Of a DNA stretch of 64,000 nt, positions 25,891-36,195 are shown piece by piece. The first letter of the stretch is position 1, and every line of letters begins with the position of its first letter. The stretch is taken from positions 1,002,425 through 1,066,424 of the forward strand of contig CAWHTE010000007.1 of NCBI GenBank assembly GCA_963832165.1, written 5' to 3'. This stretch comes from an uncultured delta proteobacterium (GTDB lineage Bacteria; Myxococcota_A; UBA9160; SMWR01). The notes below the pieces were generated by a model. It ran no database searches, was not told the DNA's origin, and saw only the letters and a list, made by a program, of their open reading frames with translations. The position numbers and the translations under genes were made by a program.

Positions 25891-27219
25891 GTGCCGCCGC
25901 CTCCCCAACACGTGCTGGTGGTCGGAGCCGGCCTTGCCGGTCTCTCCGCCGCGTGGCGCCTATCGCGCGCCGGCTCCCGCGTGACCGTTCTCGAGAGCGG
26001 ATCGTGCGTTGGCGGCCGCCTCGCGGGCGAGCGCGTCGAGGGCTACCCGCTCGAGCCCGTGCCGGCGCTGATCGACGCGGCCGACACGCGGCTCTCGGCG
26101 TGGATCGGCGACCTCGGGCTGCGCGATGCGCTGCTGCCCCCGAAGCCGGTCGTCACCGCGTTCGCGGGTCGCGACGGGCTGCGCGAGGTCGAGCTGCGCA
26201 CGCTGGCCGACGTCGGGAACATTCCGGGCGTGCGGCGCGTGGACGCGTGGCGGCTCCTGCGGCTGCCGCGCCTGCTCTCGCGCTACGGCGATGCGCTCGC
26301 GTTCGGCGCCGCGGCCGAGGCGTGCCAGATCGACGATCGCAGCCTCGCCGACTTTGCGCGGCTCTACTTCGGCGCGAGCGTGCTCGACCACTGGATGGCG
26401 CCCGCAGCGTGCGCGAGCTCGCTCGGCGATCCCGCGGAGATGAGCCGCGTGCAGTTCCTCCAGCACTTCCGCGCGCGCGGGCTCGGCCGGACCGGCGTGC
26501 TCCAGGGGGCGCTCGGCGATCTGGTCGATCGCGCCGCGGCCGCGGTGACGGTCGTCCTGCACTGCCGGATCGACCGGATCGATGCGACGGCCAACAGCGG
26601 CTTTCGCGCCACGGCGTCCGACGGGCGCGCGTTCGCAGGCGATGCAGTCGTGGTCGCGGTGCCCGCACCGATCGCGGCACAGATCGCCGACCCGCTGCTC
26701 GTCACTCCCGAGCGCGGCTTCCTCAGCGGCGTGCGTTATGCGCCCGCGCTCTCGGTGGCGGCCGCGCTGTGCCGCCCGCTCGTGCCGCGCGCGCGCTTGA
26801 TCGCGCTGCCGGAGAACACGTCGCCGATCGGATCTCTGCTCGTGGAGCCCGGCTACCGCGGCGGGCGGATTCCCACGGGCGGGGGACTCGCGTTGCTGCG
26901 CGCAACGGGCGCCTTCGCGGCCGCCCATCCCGAGGCGCCGAGCGAGACGCTCGAAAAGGAATTGCTCGGCGAGATCGATCGGCTCTGGCCCGAGCTCGCG
27001 CGCAGCGTCGAGTTCACGCGCGTGTTCCGGAACCGCTACGGCGCGCCGCGCTTCGACGTCGGCGCCTATCGCGCGCTCGCGCGCTTCGAGCGCGTGCAGG
27101 CGGATCGCCGCGCCGCGGGCCGGCGGCTCGAGTTCGCGGGCGACTACCGCGTGCATCCCTCGCTCGAGGGTGCGGTGCGTTCGGGCGAGCGCGCCGCGGC
27201 CGCGCTGATCGGCGCGTGA
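25891..27219 (+). CDS. FAD-dependent oxidoreductase (protoporphyrinogen/amine oxidase-like)
   Basis: VVGAGLAGLSAA, E....GGR, AGDY...SLEGAV.SG.RAA. Confidence 0.85.
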   Translation: MPPPPQHVLVVGAGLAGLSAAWRLSRAGSRVTVLESGSCVGGRLAGERVEGYPLEPVPALIDAADTRLSAWIGDLGLRDALLPPKPVVTAFAGRDGLREVELRTLADVGNIPGVRRVDAWRLLRLPRLLSRYGDALAFGAAAEACQIDDRSLADFARLYFGASVLDHWMAPAACASSLGDPAEMSRVQFLQHFRARGLGRTGVLQGALGDLVDRAAAAVTVVLHCRIDRIDATANSGFRATASDGRAFAGDAVVVAVPAPIAAQIADPLLVTPERGFLSGVRYAPALSVAAALCRPLVPRARLIALPENTSPIGSLLVEPGYRGGRIPTGGGLALLRATGAFAAAHPEAPSETLEKELLGEIDRLWPELARSVEFTRVFRNRYGAPRFDVGAYRALARFERVQADRRAAGRRLEFAGDYRVHPSLEGAVRSGERAAAALIGA

Positions 27220-27226
27220 GGGCGGG

Positions 27227-27655
27227 CTACTCGGGCAGGTAGGTCTGGAACATCTGCCCGAGCTCGTCCTTCGTGCGCTCGGGCACCTTGTAGTACGTGC
27301 GGATCACGACCGATCCGTCCGGCTCGAAGCGATAGGTCTCGATCGAGAGCGCGGCATGGGATTTGCCGTCAGCGGTGATCGAGTTTTCGAGCGTCCACGC
27401 CACTTCGTTCCCGCAGATGAACAGCGTCCCGTCGACGATGCGGAACTTCACGCGCGCCTGGAACAGGTCCCACGAATCGAGCGCGCAGTGCTCGAAACCG
27501 CGCTTCTCGGGCGTGCCGACCGGGTCGAGCATGCGGAAATCGCCCGGCGCGACGCTGCGCCAGTTGCGCTCCCAGCCCTCGCGGTCGCCCGCGTTCCAGA
27601 GCGCCACGTAGTTCTTCGCCCAGTCCTGGAGCTGCTGACGGGTGGGGGATGCCAT
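27227..27655 (-). CDS. SnoaL/NTF2-like protein
   Basis: GGAGGAG RBS; WNAGDRE.W, DPVG.PEKRG, IETYRF..DG. Confidence 0.8.
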   Translation of the reverse strand: MASPTRQQLQDWAKNYVALWNAGDREGWERNWRSVAPGDFRMLDPVGTPEKRGFEHCALDSWDLFQARVKFRIVDGTLFICGNEVAWTLENSITADGKSHAALSIETYRFEPDGSVVIRTYYKVPERTKDELGQMFQTYLPE

Positions 27656-27795
27656 CGGATCTCCTCCGCGAAAAATGCGCGACGGTGATCCTAGAGCAGT
27701 AGACTCCGGAGCGCGCCCGACGAGAACACGGAGGTCCCGCATGGCACCGCAAGTTTCGCGCAGCGAGGAAGGCGAGCGAAGGCCATCGGATCCGC

Positions 27796-28773
27796 ATGGC
27801 GCTCCAGATCCCCAACTTCACCTACCCGAACACGCCGCCTGCGCAGCTGTTCGAGCGGATCGCGGGCGCCGCGCGCGCGGGCGAGGCGGCCGGCTTCGAC
27901 GCCGTGTTCGTGATGGACCATTTCTACCAGCTGCCGATGCTCGGTCCGATCCACCACGAGATGCTCGAGGCCTACCCGCTGCTCGGCGCGCTCGCGACGC
28001 AGACCTCGCGCGTGCGGCTCGGCACGCTCGTCGCTGGGAACACCTACCGGAACCCGGCGCACTTCGCGAAGATCGTCACGACGCTCGACGTCGTCTCGCG
28101 CGGACGCGCGATCCTCGGCATCGGCGCTGGCTGGTTCGAGCCCGAGCACCAAGGCTACGGCTTCGACTTCCCGCCGATCGGTGAGCGGCTGTCGCGGCTC
28201 GACGAAGCGCTCCAGATCATCCGCCCGATGCTGCGCAGCGAGAAGCCGACCTTCGAGGGCCGCTACTACCGTACGCACGAGGCGCTCAACGTGCCGGCGC
28301 CGATCCAGCCCGGCGGCCCCGCCATCCTGATCGGCGGCACCGGCGAGCAGCGCACGCTCAAGCTCGTCGCGCGTTATGCGGACGAGAGCAACTGGACCTG
28401 TCCGCCCGAGGAGTTCCCGCGCAAGCTCGAGGCGCTCGACAAGCACTGCGCGGCGGTCGGGCGCAAGCGCAGCGACATCAACGTGACGTGGCTCGCGAGC
28501 CTGCTCGTCGCTCCCACGATGGAGGCGGCCGAGAAGCTGCGCGACGAGTATCTGCGCGCGCGCGGCATGGACTGGAGCGTACTGCCGCCCGCGGTCCGCG
28601 AGCGGATCGCCGCGGCGATCGTGCTGGGCGATCCCGACACGGTCGGCGAGTTCGTGCGGACGCGAGTCGTCGACCAGGGGCTCGACGGCATCATCGTGAA
28701 CCTGCCTGCGACCGGTCACGAGCCCGAAGCCGTGGAGCTCGCGGCTCGCACGCTGAAGGCGGCACTTCGTTAG
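27796..28773 (+). CDS. LLM-class (putatively F420-dependent) oxidoreductase
   Basis: GFD.VFVMDHFYQ, LGTLV.GNTYRNP, LGIGAGWFE.EH..YG, IGG.GE.RTL. Confidence 0.9.
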   Translation: MALQIPNFTYPNTPPAQLFERIAGAARAGEAAGFDAVFVMDHFYQLPMLGPIHHEMLEAYPLLGALATQTSRVRLGTLVAGNTYRNPAHFAKIVTTLDVVSRGRAILGIGAGWFEPEHQGYGFDFPPIGERLSRLDEALQIIRPMLRSEKPTFEGRYYRTHEALNVPAPIQPGGPAILIGGTGEQRTLKLVARYADESNWTCPPEEFPRKLEALDKHCAAVGRKRSDINVTWLASLLVAPTMEAAEKLRDEYLRARGMDWSVLPPAVRERIAAAIVLGDPDTVGEFVRTRVVDQGLDGIIVNLPATGHEPEAVELAARTLKAALR

Positions 28774-29045
28774 TCGCGCGCGAACAGCACCCACAGGCCG
28801 ACGGCGATGAAGCCGGCGCCGGCGACCCAGCGCAGCACGCGCGGGTCGACGTGCTCAGAGACGAACGACCCAGCGAGCACGCCGATTGCGCTCGTGAGCA
28901 CGAGCGCCGCCGCGGACGCCGCGAACACCGTGAGCTTGGGGTGGGAGGCGTCCGACGCGTAGAGCAGCGTGGCGAGCTGCGTCTTGTCGCCGAGCTCGGC
29001 GACGAAGATCGTGGTGAAGACGGTGACGAAGAGCCGCAGATCCAT
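28770..29045 (-). CDS. TMEM165/GDT1 (UPF0016) single-repeat membrane protein
   Basis: AELGDKTQLA signature; three TM helices. Confidence 0.92.
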   Translation of the reverse strand: MDLRLFVTVFTTIFVAELGDKTQLATLLYASDASHPKLTVFAASAAALVLTSAIGVLAGSFVSEHVDPRVLRWVAGAGFIAVGLWVLFARD

Positions 29046-29059
29046 GGTGCCTCCGGGAT

Positions 29060-31483
29060 TCAGCGCAGATGCGCGACGCTCGCGCCGTCGCCGCCCTCGC
29101 CGGGCTCCGCGGCTTCGAGCCGCGCTACGTAGGGCGAGGAGCTGAGATATCGGCGCACGGCCACGCGCAGCGCGCCCGTGCCGAGGCCGTGGATCACGAG
29201 CAGGCGGTCGCGCCCGTCGGATGCGGCGCGGTCGAGCGCGGCGCCGAGCACATCGAGTGCCTCGTCGACGCGCTGGCCGCGCAGATCGCAGCGCTCGGTA
29301 CCGCCGGACGGCGGCGTTCGATACGCAGTGCGCGCGGGAGCCGCAACCACGTCGCCGGGCTCGGCGCGCCCGACGCGTTCGGCCGGCACGACCATGCGCA
29401 CCGAGCCCACCATCACCGCGACGCGGCCGCGCCGGTCCGGCAACGCCTGCAGCGTGCCGACCAGCCCGCCCGCGACCTTCACGGCGTCACCCGCGTGCGC
29501 GTGGTTCCAATCGACCGGAATCAGCAGCTCCGCGGGATCTGCGACGAGCCCCGCGGCCTCCTCGGCGTCGCGCTGCCGCACCTCGAGCGACACGAGCCGC
29601 TCGCGCGCGTGCGCGGCGTGCTGCGCGGTGGCGGAACCGCCGCGCTGGAGATCCCGGATCACCGCGGCGATCTGCGCGTGCGCGTTCTTGAACTGCTCGT
29701 CGAGGTCTTCGCGCATCGCGCGGTAGAGCTCGTCGCGGCGCTGCGAGAGCTTCTCGAGCTTGTGGCGGTACTCCGTGCGCACCGCCTCGGACTCCTGACG
29801 CACGCGCGCAGCCTCGCGCTGCTCGCTCTCGAGCGCAGCGCGGCTCGTGGCGAGCTCGTGCAGCATGCGATCGAGCACGCGGTCCTCGCTCTCCAGAAAT
29901 CGATTCGCTCGCTCGAGCACGTCGCTGCGCAGGCCCATCCTCGCTGCCACGGCAGTGGCCGACGAGCTGCCGGGGAATCCCATGCGCAGCCGATAGGTGG
30001 GCGCGAGGGTCTGGGGGTCGAACTCGACGCTCGCATTCGCGAAGCGCGGATCGACGTCGGCCATCTCCTTGAGCAGGCCGTAGTGGGTGGTCGCGATCAC
30101 GCGCGCGTCCGCGTCCGCCAGCGTCTCGAGGATCGCCTGCGCGAGTGCGGCGCCCTCGGAGGGATCAGTGCCGACGCCCACCTCGTCGAGCACCACGAGC
30201 GTGCGCGCCGATGACTCGTTCACGATCCGCGCGAGGTTGGCCATGTGCGCGGAGAAGCTCGACAGGCTCTGGCCGATCGACTGCTCATCGCCGATGTCGG
30301 CGAGCACGGCGTCGAACAGGTCCACGCGCGCGCCCTTCGCGGCCGGAACCTGGATCCCCGCGCGCACGAACAACACCGAAAGCGCAGCGGCCTTCATCGC
30401 GACGGTCTTGCCGCCCGCGTTCGGACCCGAGATCACGAGCACGTGCAGCTCGCCGCCGAGGCGGATGTCATTCGGCACCGCGTGGCGCGGGTCGAGGCAG
30501 GGATGGCGCAGCTGCGGGAGCCACAGCACGCCCTCATCGCCGAGCTCGGGTGCCGTTGCGTCGAGCTCGATCGAGAGCTCGGCGCGCGCGAACGCGAGGT
30601 CGAGCAGCGCAAGCGTGTCGAGGCCCGCGTCGATCTCGGGTGCGGCCGCGGCGGCCGCGTCCGAGAGCTCGCGCAGCACGCGCGCGATCTCGCGCTCCAC
30701 TTCGAGCTCCGCGCGCTTGTGCTCGTTGTTGAGCTCGACGAGCGCCTGCGGCTCGATGAACAGCGTCGTGCCCGAGCCCGATGCGTCGTGCACGATGCCG
30801 CGGATCTGGCCGCGGCTGTCGGCGCGCACCGGCAGCACGTAGCGGTCGTTGCGCACCGTGAAGTAGTCATCCGACAGCGCGCTGCGCATGTCCGGATCGC
30901 GCAGGATCCGAGCGAGCCGATCGGAGAGCCGCGCCGCGAGCTCGTGCGCCTCGCGGCGCGCGGCGGCGAGCGCGGGCGACGCGTCGTCGCGCACGTGGCC
31001 CTCGCCATCGATGCAGCGCTCGATCTCGCGCTCGAGCTCGGCGCGCGCCGGCAAGAGCTCCGCGAGCTCGGCCAGCCCCGGCGCTACGTCCGCGCGCTGC
31101 TCGAGGAAGCGCCGCGTCTTTCGGAGCCCCGCGAGCGTGTGCGCGACGCCGATCAGCTCGTCGCCCGCGAGCGCGCCGCCCCGGCGCGCGCGCACGAGCG
31201 CCTCTGTGGGGTCGCCCGTGCCGCCGAGCGGCGGGCTGTCGCCCGATTCGAGGATCGCCCGCGCCTGCGCCGTGAGCGCGAGGCGCCCGCGCGTCTCTTC
31301 GTCGGTTGCCGCGAACAGCTCCGCGTCGCCGCCCGGCGCGAGCCGCGCGGCGCCGCGCGGTGTGCGCGCGAACCCGGCCAGCCGACCTAGAATCAGAGGC
31401 CAGTCGAGGCGTTCGAGGGTCTTCTGCGCGACCGTGAAGGGCAGCGGGGTCCTCGCGGTGGGCAAGCGAGCGGGTTTGCCCAT
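29060..31483 (-). CDS. mutS2: Endonuclease MutS2
   Basis: GIVHD.SGSG.TLFIEP, ISGPNAGGKT, DIGDEQSI.QSLSSFS.H, LDE.G.GTDP.EG, TTH, C-terminal Smr domain (DLRG...IHG.GTG.LR). Confidence 0.95.
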   Translation of the reverse strand: MGKPARLPTARTPLPFTVAQKTLERLDWPLILGRLAGFARTPRGAARLAPGGDAELFAATDEETRGRLALTAQARAILESGDSPPLGGTGDPTEALVRARRGGALAGDELIGVAHTLAGLRKTRRFLEQRADVAPGLAELAELLPARAELEREIERCIDGEGHVRDDASPALAAARREAHELAARLSDRLARILRDPDMRSALSDDYFTVRNDRYVLPVRADSRGQIRGIVHDASGSGTTLFIEPQALVELNNEHKRAELEVEREIARVLRELSDAAAAAAPEIDAGLDTLALLDLAFARAELSIELDATAPELGDEGVLWLPQLRHPCLDPRHAVPNDIRLGGELHVLVISGPNAGGKTVAMKAAALSVLFVRAGIQVPAAKGARVDLFDAVLADIGDEQSIGQSLSSFSAHMANLARIVNESSARTLVVLDEVGVGTDPSEGAALAQAILETLADADARVIATTHYGLLKEMADVDPRFANASVEFDPQTLAPTYRLRMGFPGSSSATAVAARMGLRSDVLERANRFLESEDRVLDRMLHELATSRAALESEQREAARVRQESEAVRTEYRHKLEKLSQRRDELYRAMREDLDEQFKNAHAQIAAVIRDLQRGGSATAQHAAHARERLVSLEVRQRDAEEAAGLVADPAELLIPVDWNHAHAGDAVKVAGGLVGTLQALPDRRGRVAVMVGSVRMVVPAERVGRAEPGDVVAAPARTAYRTPPSGGTERCDLRGQRVDEALDVLGAALDRAASDGRDRLLVIHGLGTGALRVAVRRYLSSSPYVARLEAAEPGEGGDGASVAHLR

Positions 31484-31546
31484 CCTGCAGGTGAGCGGGC
31501 CGGAATCACTTGCCTGCAACTTACACTTCGCCGAAAGACATAGGCG

Positions 31547-32389
31547 ATGGCCGACGAATCCCCCACCGAAGCCGTTCTCGAATCCACGCGCGACATGGAC
31601 CAGTGGAGCGCGGAGCGGATCGTCCAGGCGATCCACGGCGAGGACGCGCGCGCCTGGGAGGCGGTCGGCGCCGTGCTGCCGCGCGTGGTCGAGGCGGCCG
31701 AGGTGCTCGTGGTCGCGCTGTCGGGAGGCGGCCGCTGGTTCAACGTGGGGGCGGGCACGAGCGGTCGGATCGGCGCGCTCGACGCCGCCGAGATCCCGCC
31801 GACCTTCGGCCTGCCGCGCCACCGTGTGCAGGCGGTCGTCGCGGGCGGCGAAGCTGCGCTCGTGCGCGCGATCGAGGGAGCCGAGGACCACCCCGAGCGC
31901 GCGAAGTTCGCGCTGCGCGAGCGCGGGTTGCACGCGGGCGACGTCGTCGTCGCGATCTCAGCAAGCGGAACGACGCCATTCACGCTCGGCAGCCTCGACG
32001 TCGCACACGAGGTGGGCGCGCGCACGATCGGCATCACCTGCAACCCGGACTCGCCGCTCGCGGAAGCCGCGGAGGTCGCGATCGTGCCCGTGGTGGGCCC
32101 CGAGGTGATCGCGGGCTCGACGCGCATGAAGGGCGGTCTCGCCCAGAAGATGGTCTTGAACCTGCTCTCGACCACCGTGATGGTGCGCCTGGGCTACGTC
32201 GAGGGGAATCTCATGACGCACATGATTCCCGCGTCGGAGAAGCTACGCGACCGCGGCGTGAGGATCCTGATGTCGCTGGGCGAGCTCGACCGCGACGCCG
32301 CGGCGGCACTGCTCACCAAATGCGAGGGAAACGTCGCGGAGGCCACGCGCGTTCTCCACGCGAAGGGATCCCGCGCGCGCGTGGGTTGA
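31547..32389 (+). CDS. murQ: N-acetylmuramic acid 6-phosphate etherase
   Basis: GAGTSGR, DA.E.PPTFG, EGAED, ISASG.TP, GPEVI.GSTRMK.G.AQK. Confidence 0.93.
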   Translation: MADESPTEAVLESTRDMDQWSAERIVQAIHGEDARAWEAVGAVLPRVVEAAEVLVVALSGGGRWFNVGAGTSGRIGALDAAEIPPTFGLPRHRVQAVVAGGEAALVRAIEGAEDHPERAKFALRERGLHAGDVVVAISASGTTPFTLGSLDVAHEVGARTIGITCNPDSPLAEAAEVAIVPVVGPEVIAGSTRMKGGLAQKMVLNLLSTTVMVRLGYVEGNLMTHMIPASEKLRDRGVRILMSLGELDRDAAAALLTKCEGNVAEATRVLHAKGSRARVG

Positions 32390-32393
32390 CCGC

Positions 32394-34058
32394 TCAGGAG
32401 CCGTGCGCCACCACCCCCGGACGTGCGTCGGTGTAGCCGCCGGACGCGGTCCACGTGACCTCGCCGTTCACGATCGCCGTGTCGACGCCGCGCGCGCTGC
32501 GCACGTAGCGCATGCCGGCCCCGGGCATGTCGCGGGCGGGCAGCTCATCTCCGCGGCCGATCGTCTCGGGGTCGAAGATCACCACGTCCGCCGCCATGCC
32601 CTGGCGCAGCAGGCCGCGATCCGGGATGCCCCAGATCTGCGCGGTGTCGCCGGTGATCTTGCGGACGGCGTGCTCGATCTCGAGGTGGCGGCCCGCGCGC
32701 ACGAACTCGCTGAACAGGTATCCCGTGTCGCCGTAGGTCGCGAACGACTGGATGTGCGCGCCGCCATCGCTCGCGCCGACGTGCACGAGGTCGTTGGCGA
32801 GGATCGGGCCGATCCGCTTCGGGTCCTCGTGGCCCATGTTCGCCGCGAGGAAGTGGACGCCGAGGTCCTCCTCGAGCGAGAGGTCGATCATCGCGCCGGC
32901 CGGCGTGGTGCCGCGATCTGCGGCGATCTCGCCGAGCGTGCGGCCGATCAGCGACGCGTCGCGGCTGTCGCGCACGCGCAGGCCCGCGAACTGCTGCGTG
33001 TCGCCGCCCGGCTCCGCCGCCTCGATCATTCCCTTGCGCGTGCCCTCGTTGCGCAGCATCGCGATGCGCTGCTCACGCGGCGTGCGCAGGATCATGTACC
33101 ACATCGGCAGCCGTATGAAGTACAGGCTCGCCATGTCGAGGCTGAAGCTGATGTCGATCGGCCGGGTCTGCACCTGGGGCCACACGCGCGCGCCGCGCGC
33201 GAACTGCTCGGCGACGCGGTCGAGCACGCGCGGGACGTTGTCCGGCACGACTGCCGAGTCGAAGAGCGGTGAGAAGGTGGTCGGGATGCCGTGCGCGAGC
33301 GACAGCTCGGCGAGCTGGTCCACGCGCGCGACGGTGATGTCGGTGCTGTAGAACTCCGGCACCACCTGGAGCATGCGCCCGAACTCGCCGAGCACGGCGC
33401 ACAGCGCGTCGAGCTCGTCCCAATGCGCGTAGCGGCTCGGCACCGGCGCCAGGTTCTCATCCATGTCGACGTAGCTGGTCGAGAGGCCCACGGCGCCGGC
33501 CTCGAGACAGGCGCGCAGCAGGTCCTGCATCTCGCGGATCTCCTCGGGCCGGGCCGCGCGTTTCTGCGCCTGGTCTCCCATCACCCACATGCGGATCGGC
33601 GAGTGGCCGGCGAGCGGCGCCACGTTCAGCGCGACGCGGCCGCGCAACGCGGTCACGTAGTCGGCGAAGCTCTCCCAGGTCCAGTCGAAAGCGCCGTCGA
33701 ACGCGGCATCGGGCATCTCCTCGATCTGCTGGAACATCTTCACGAGCTTCGCGCGGTGCGCGGTCCGCAGCGGCGCCAGCGACAGCGAGCAGTTGCCGTG
33801 CACGACCGTCGTGATGCCGTGCTCGAGCGCGGGCCGTGCCTGGCCGTCCCAGAGCAGCTGCGCGTCGAAGTGCGTGTGCGGGTCGATGAAGCCCGGCGCG
33901 ACGACGCGGCCCGCCGCGTCGATCGTGCGGCGCGCTTCGCCTGTGAGCTGCCCGCCGACGCGGCGCAGGCGGCCGCTCTCGATGCCGACGTCGCCATGGA
34001 AGGCCGGCAGTCCGCTTCCGTCCACGATGCGCCCGTTGCGGATCACGATGTCGAGCAT
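32394..34058 (-). CDS. N-acyl-D-amino-acid deacylase family amidohydrolase
   Basis: VDGSG, PGFIDPHTHFD, GNC, SDGGAH, DRG.L..G.AADVV.FDP, VNG. Confidence 0.92.
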   Translation of the reverse strand: MLDIVIRNGRIVDGSGLPAFHGDVGIESGRLRRVGGQLTGEARRTIDAAGRVVAPGFIDPHTHFDAQLLWDGQARPALEHGITTVVHGNCSLSLAPLRTAHRAKLVKMFQQIEEMPDAAFDGAFDWTWESFADYVTALRGRVALNVAPLAGHSPIRMWVMGDQAQKRAARPEEIREMQDLLRACLEAGAVGLSTSYVDMDENLAPVPSRYAHWDELDALCAVLGEFGRMLQVVPEFYSTDITVARVDQLAELSLAHGIPTTFSPLFDSAVVPDNVPRVLDRVAEQFARGARVWPQVQTRPIDISFSLDMASLYFIRLPMWYMILRTPREQRIAMLRNEGTRKGMIEAAEPGGDTQQFAGLRVRDSRDASLIGRTLGEIAADRGTTPAGAMIDLSLEEDLGVHFLAANMGHEDPKRIGPILANDLVHVGASDGGAHIQSFATYGDTGYLFSEFVRAGRHLEIEHAVRKITGDTAQIWGIPDRGLLRQGMAADVVIFDPETIGRGDELPARDMPGAGMRYVRSARGVDTAIVNGEVTWTASGGYTDARPGVVAHGS

Positions 34059-34073
34059 GGGGGATCCTTTCGC

Positions 34074-34289
34074 TCAGCGATCCAGCACGTGCAGGAGTCG
34101 CTGCCAGGGTTGTCCGCGGAGATCTGCGGCGCACTGCGCCGCGCAGTCGTCCATGAGCTTGCGCGCCTGGTCGGCTACGAGCGTCACGGTGTCGACGGCG
34201 CCGTTCTCGTGCCGCACGCGCACGACGAGCACGGCCTGCCCGTCGTGACCCGGCGCGACGACTGCATCGTCGATCACGGCTTCAGGCAC
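34074..34289 (-). CDS. Small hypothetical protein (71 aa)
   Basis: Start overlaps the upstream small gene; fills the gap in a co-directional operon. Confidence 0.7.
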   Translation of the reverse strand: MPEAVIDDAVVAPGHDGQAVLVVRVRHENGAVDTVTLVADQARKLMDDCAAQCAADLRGQPWQRLLHVLDR

Positions 34290-34494
34290 CGGCCACGTGC
34301 GGCGGCTCGACGAAGATCACGTCGCTGCCGAGAAATTCGCCGGGCGGAAGGCGCACGAAGAGCTGCAGGTTCCAGCTCTTCAGCTTTGCAATCGCCGCGT
34401 CGGCGTGCTCGCCGGGCAGCACCCGCTGCGCGAGCGCGGTCCAGTCCTCACCCGGCTCGGGCGACACGAACTTGCGTTGGTGCGACAGCGTCAT
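34282..34494 (-). CDS. Small hypothetical protein (70 aa), possibly degenerate LysM-like fold
   Basis: AAGGAG RBS; pattern V.P..GEDW..LA.R...LK.WN......SD.IFV.P. Confidence 0.7.
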   Translation of the reverse strand: MTLSHQRKFVSPEPGEDWTALAQRVLPGEHADAAIAKLKSWNLQLFVRLPPGEFLGSDVIFVEPPHVAGA

Positions 34495-34504
34495 GGCGAC
34501 TCCT

Positions 34505-35494
34505 TCAGCGATCGAGGCCCGCGAGGAACTCGAGCAGTGCAGCGTTCGTCTGCTCGGGCGCCTCCTGCTGGTTCCAGTGGCCGACGCCCTCGATCAGCAC
34601 CTTGCCGCGCAGGTCCTCGCAGAAGCTGCCGAGCATCTGGACGCCAGGCCCCTCACCCTTGAGCTCCGGACCCGTCACGACCGCGTCGCGCAGGCCGCCC
34701 ACGAAGAGCGCAGGCACCGTGACGCGCCGATCCGCGAAGGGCGCGAGCAGCTCCCAGTTGCGGTCGAAGTTCCGATACCAGTTGAGCCCGCCGCGGAAGC
34801 CGGTGCGCTCGAACGCGGAGACGTAGACCTCGAGATCTTCCTCGCGGAGCCAGTCGGGCAGCTTCTCGGGTTGGGCGATCCCGTCGAGGAAGCCCGCGGT
34901 CTTCGGCAATCCCATCATCTTGTAGAAGTGATCCGGATCGTTGTCGCCGGACGCCGTGAACAGCATGCCGCGCATCATCTCACGCGCGCGCGGATCGAGC
35001 TCCGCTTCCGCTTTGCCCGGCTCCTGGAAGTAGAGGACGTAGAAGAAGCGGTCGCCGGCCAGCATCCTCATCATCGCCAGCGGGCGCATGGGCAGGCGCG
35101 GCAGGAACGGCACGCTCATCCCGACGACCGCGCGGAACTTGTCGGGCCGCAACAGCGCACCATTCCACGCGACCAGCGATCCCCAGTCGTGTCCGACGAT
35201 CACCGCCTGCTGCTCGCCGAGCGCCGCGAGGAGCCCCGTCATGTCGCCGACCAGATGCATGATGGTGTAGGCGTCGACCGCGTCGGGCGCGGTGGTATCG
35301 CCGTAGCCGCGCATGTCGGGCGCCACGGCGTGATAGCCGGCCGCGGCGAGCGCCGGGAGCTGGTGGCGCCACGAGTACCAGAGCTCCGGGAAGCCGTGAC
35401 AGAGCAGGACCAGCGGACCTTCGCCGGCCTCCGCGACGTGCATCGAGAGCTCGCCGACCTGGACCTGGCGATGGCGGATCGCGGAATCGGGCAA
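34505..35494 (-). CDS. Epoxide hydrolase (alpha/beta hydrolase)
   Basis: HGFPE.WYSWRHQ, PDMRGYG, GHDWG, Y..YFQ.PG.AE, LNWYR, GHW.QQE.P. Confidence 0.93.
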   Translation of the reverse strand: MPDSAIRHRQVQVGELSMHVAEAGEGPLVLLCHGFPELWYSWRHQLPALAAAGYHAVAPDMRGYGDTTAPDAVDAYTIMHLVGDMTGLLAALGEQQAVIVGHDWGSLVAWNGALLRPDKFRAVVGMSVPFLPRLPMRPLAMMRMLAGDRFFYVLYFQEPGKAEAELDPRAREMMRGMLFTASGDNDPDHFYKMMGLPKTAGFLDGIAQPEKLPDWLREEDLEVYVSAFERTGFRGGLNWYRNFDRNWELLAPFADRRVTVPALFVGGLRDAVVTGPELKGEGPGVQMLGSFCEDLRGKVLIEGVGHWNQQEAPEQTNAALLEFLAGLDR

Positions 35495-35518
35495 GGCGGT
35501 GGCTCCTGGTGGGGAGCA

Positions 35519-35564
35519 GATCCTATTCCAACAATGGACACGAGTCCAGTCATGGAATAGGATC
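35519..35564. promoter_or_regulatory. 46-bp interrupted palindrome, probable TetR operator
   Basis: GATCCTATTCCA...TGGAATAGGATC outer arms and TGGAC...GTCCA inner arms share one centre; lies between the divergent hydrolase and tetR genes. Confidence 0.75.
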
Positions 35565-35571
35565 GCCGCCC

Positions 35572-36195
35572 ATGGGACCCGCCGCGATGACCGAGGCGCC
35601 GTCGCGCCGCGACCGCAAGAAGGAGCGGACGCGCCGCGAGATCTACGAGGCGGCGATGCGTCTGTTCGCGCGCCGCGGCTTCGGCGCCGTTCACATCACC
35701 GATATCTGCGAGGAGGCGGACGTCGGGCGCGGCACGTTCTTCCTGCACTTCCCGAGCAAGGCCGCGCTCCTCTACGAGTTCAACCAGCGCGTCGCGGAGG
35801 ACTTCGGCGCGTCGTTGGTCGAGCCGCGCGGCCCGGCGCGAGACGAGCTGCGCGCGCTGGTCGAGCGCATCTCGGTCGAGCTCGTCGCGCAGGCCGAGAT
35901 CATGACCGCGATGATCGCCGAGTTCTTCGCGAGCCCCGAAGCGCTCGCCGCGGCGTCGACCGATGACGCGTTGCCCCAGCTCGTTCTCGAGATCGTGAGG
36001 CGCGGACAACAGCTCGGCGAATTCTCCCGCCGCATCGATCCGCGGCTCGCCGCCGCCTCCCTGTTCGCGACCGCCGGCGCGATCATCAGCGGACAGGTAT
36101 TCCGCAAAGACGATCTTCCGCCCGAGGAGATCAGCCGGCAGCTGCTCCAGATCGTGTTCTCGGGTCTCGATCCGGCGGGCGACCGACGTGCCTGA
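35572..36195 (+). CDS. TetR/AcrR family regulator
   Basis: RR.RKK.RTR..I..AA..LF...GF, I...ADV.RGTFF.HF.SK helix-turn-helix; start 35572 or 35587. Confidence 0.92.
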   Translation: MGPAAMTEAPSRRDRKKERTRREIYEAAMRLFARRGFGAVHITDICEEADVGRGTFFLHFPSKAALLYEFNQRVAEDFGASLVEPRGPARDELRALVERISVELVAQAEIMTAMIAEFFASPEALAAASTDDALPQLVLEIVRRGQQLGEFSRRIDPRLAAASLFATAGAIISGQVFRKDDLPPEEISRQLLQIVFSGLDPAGDRRA

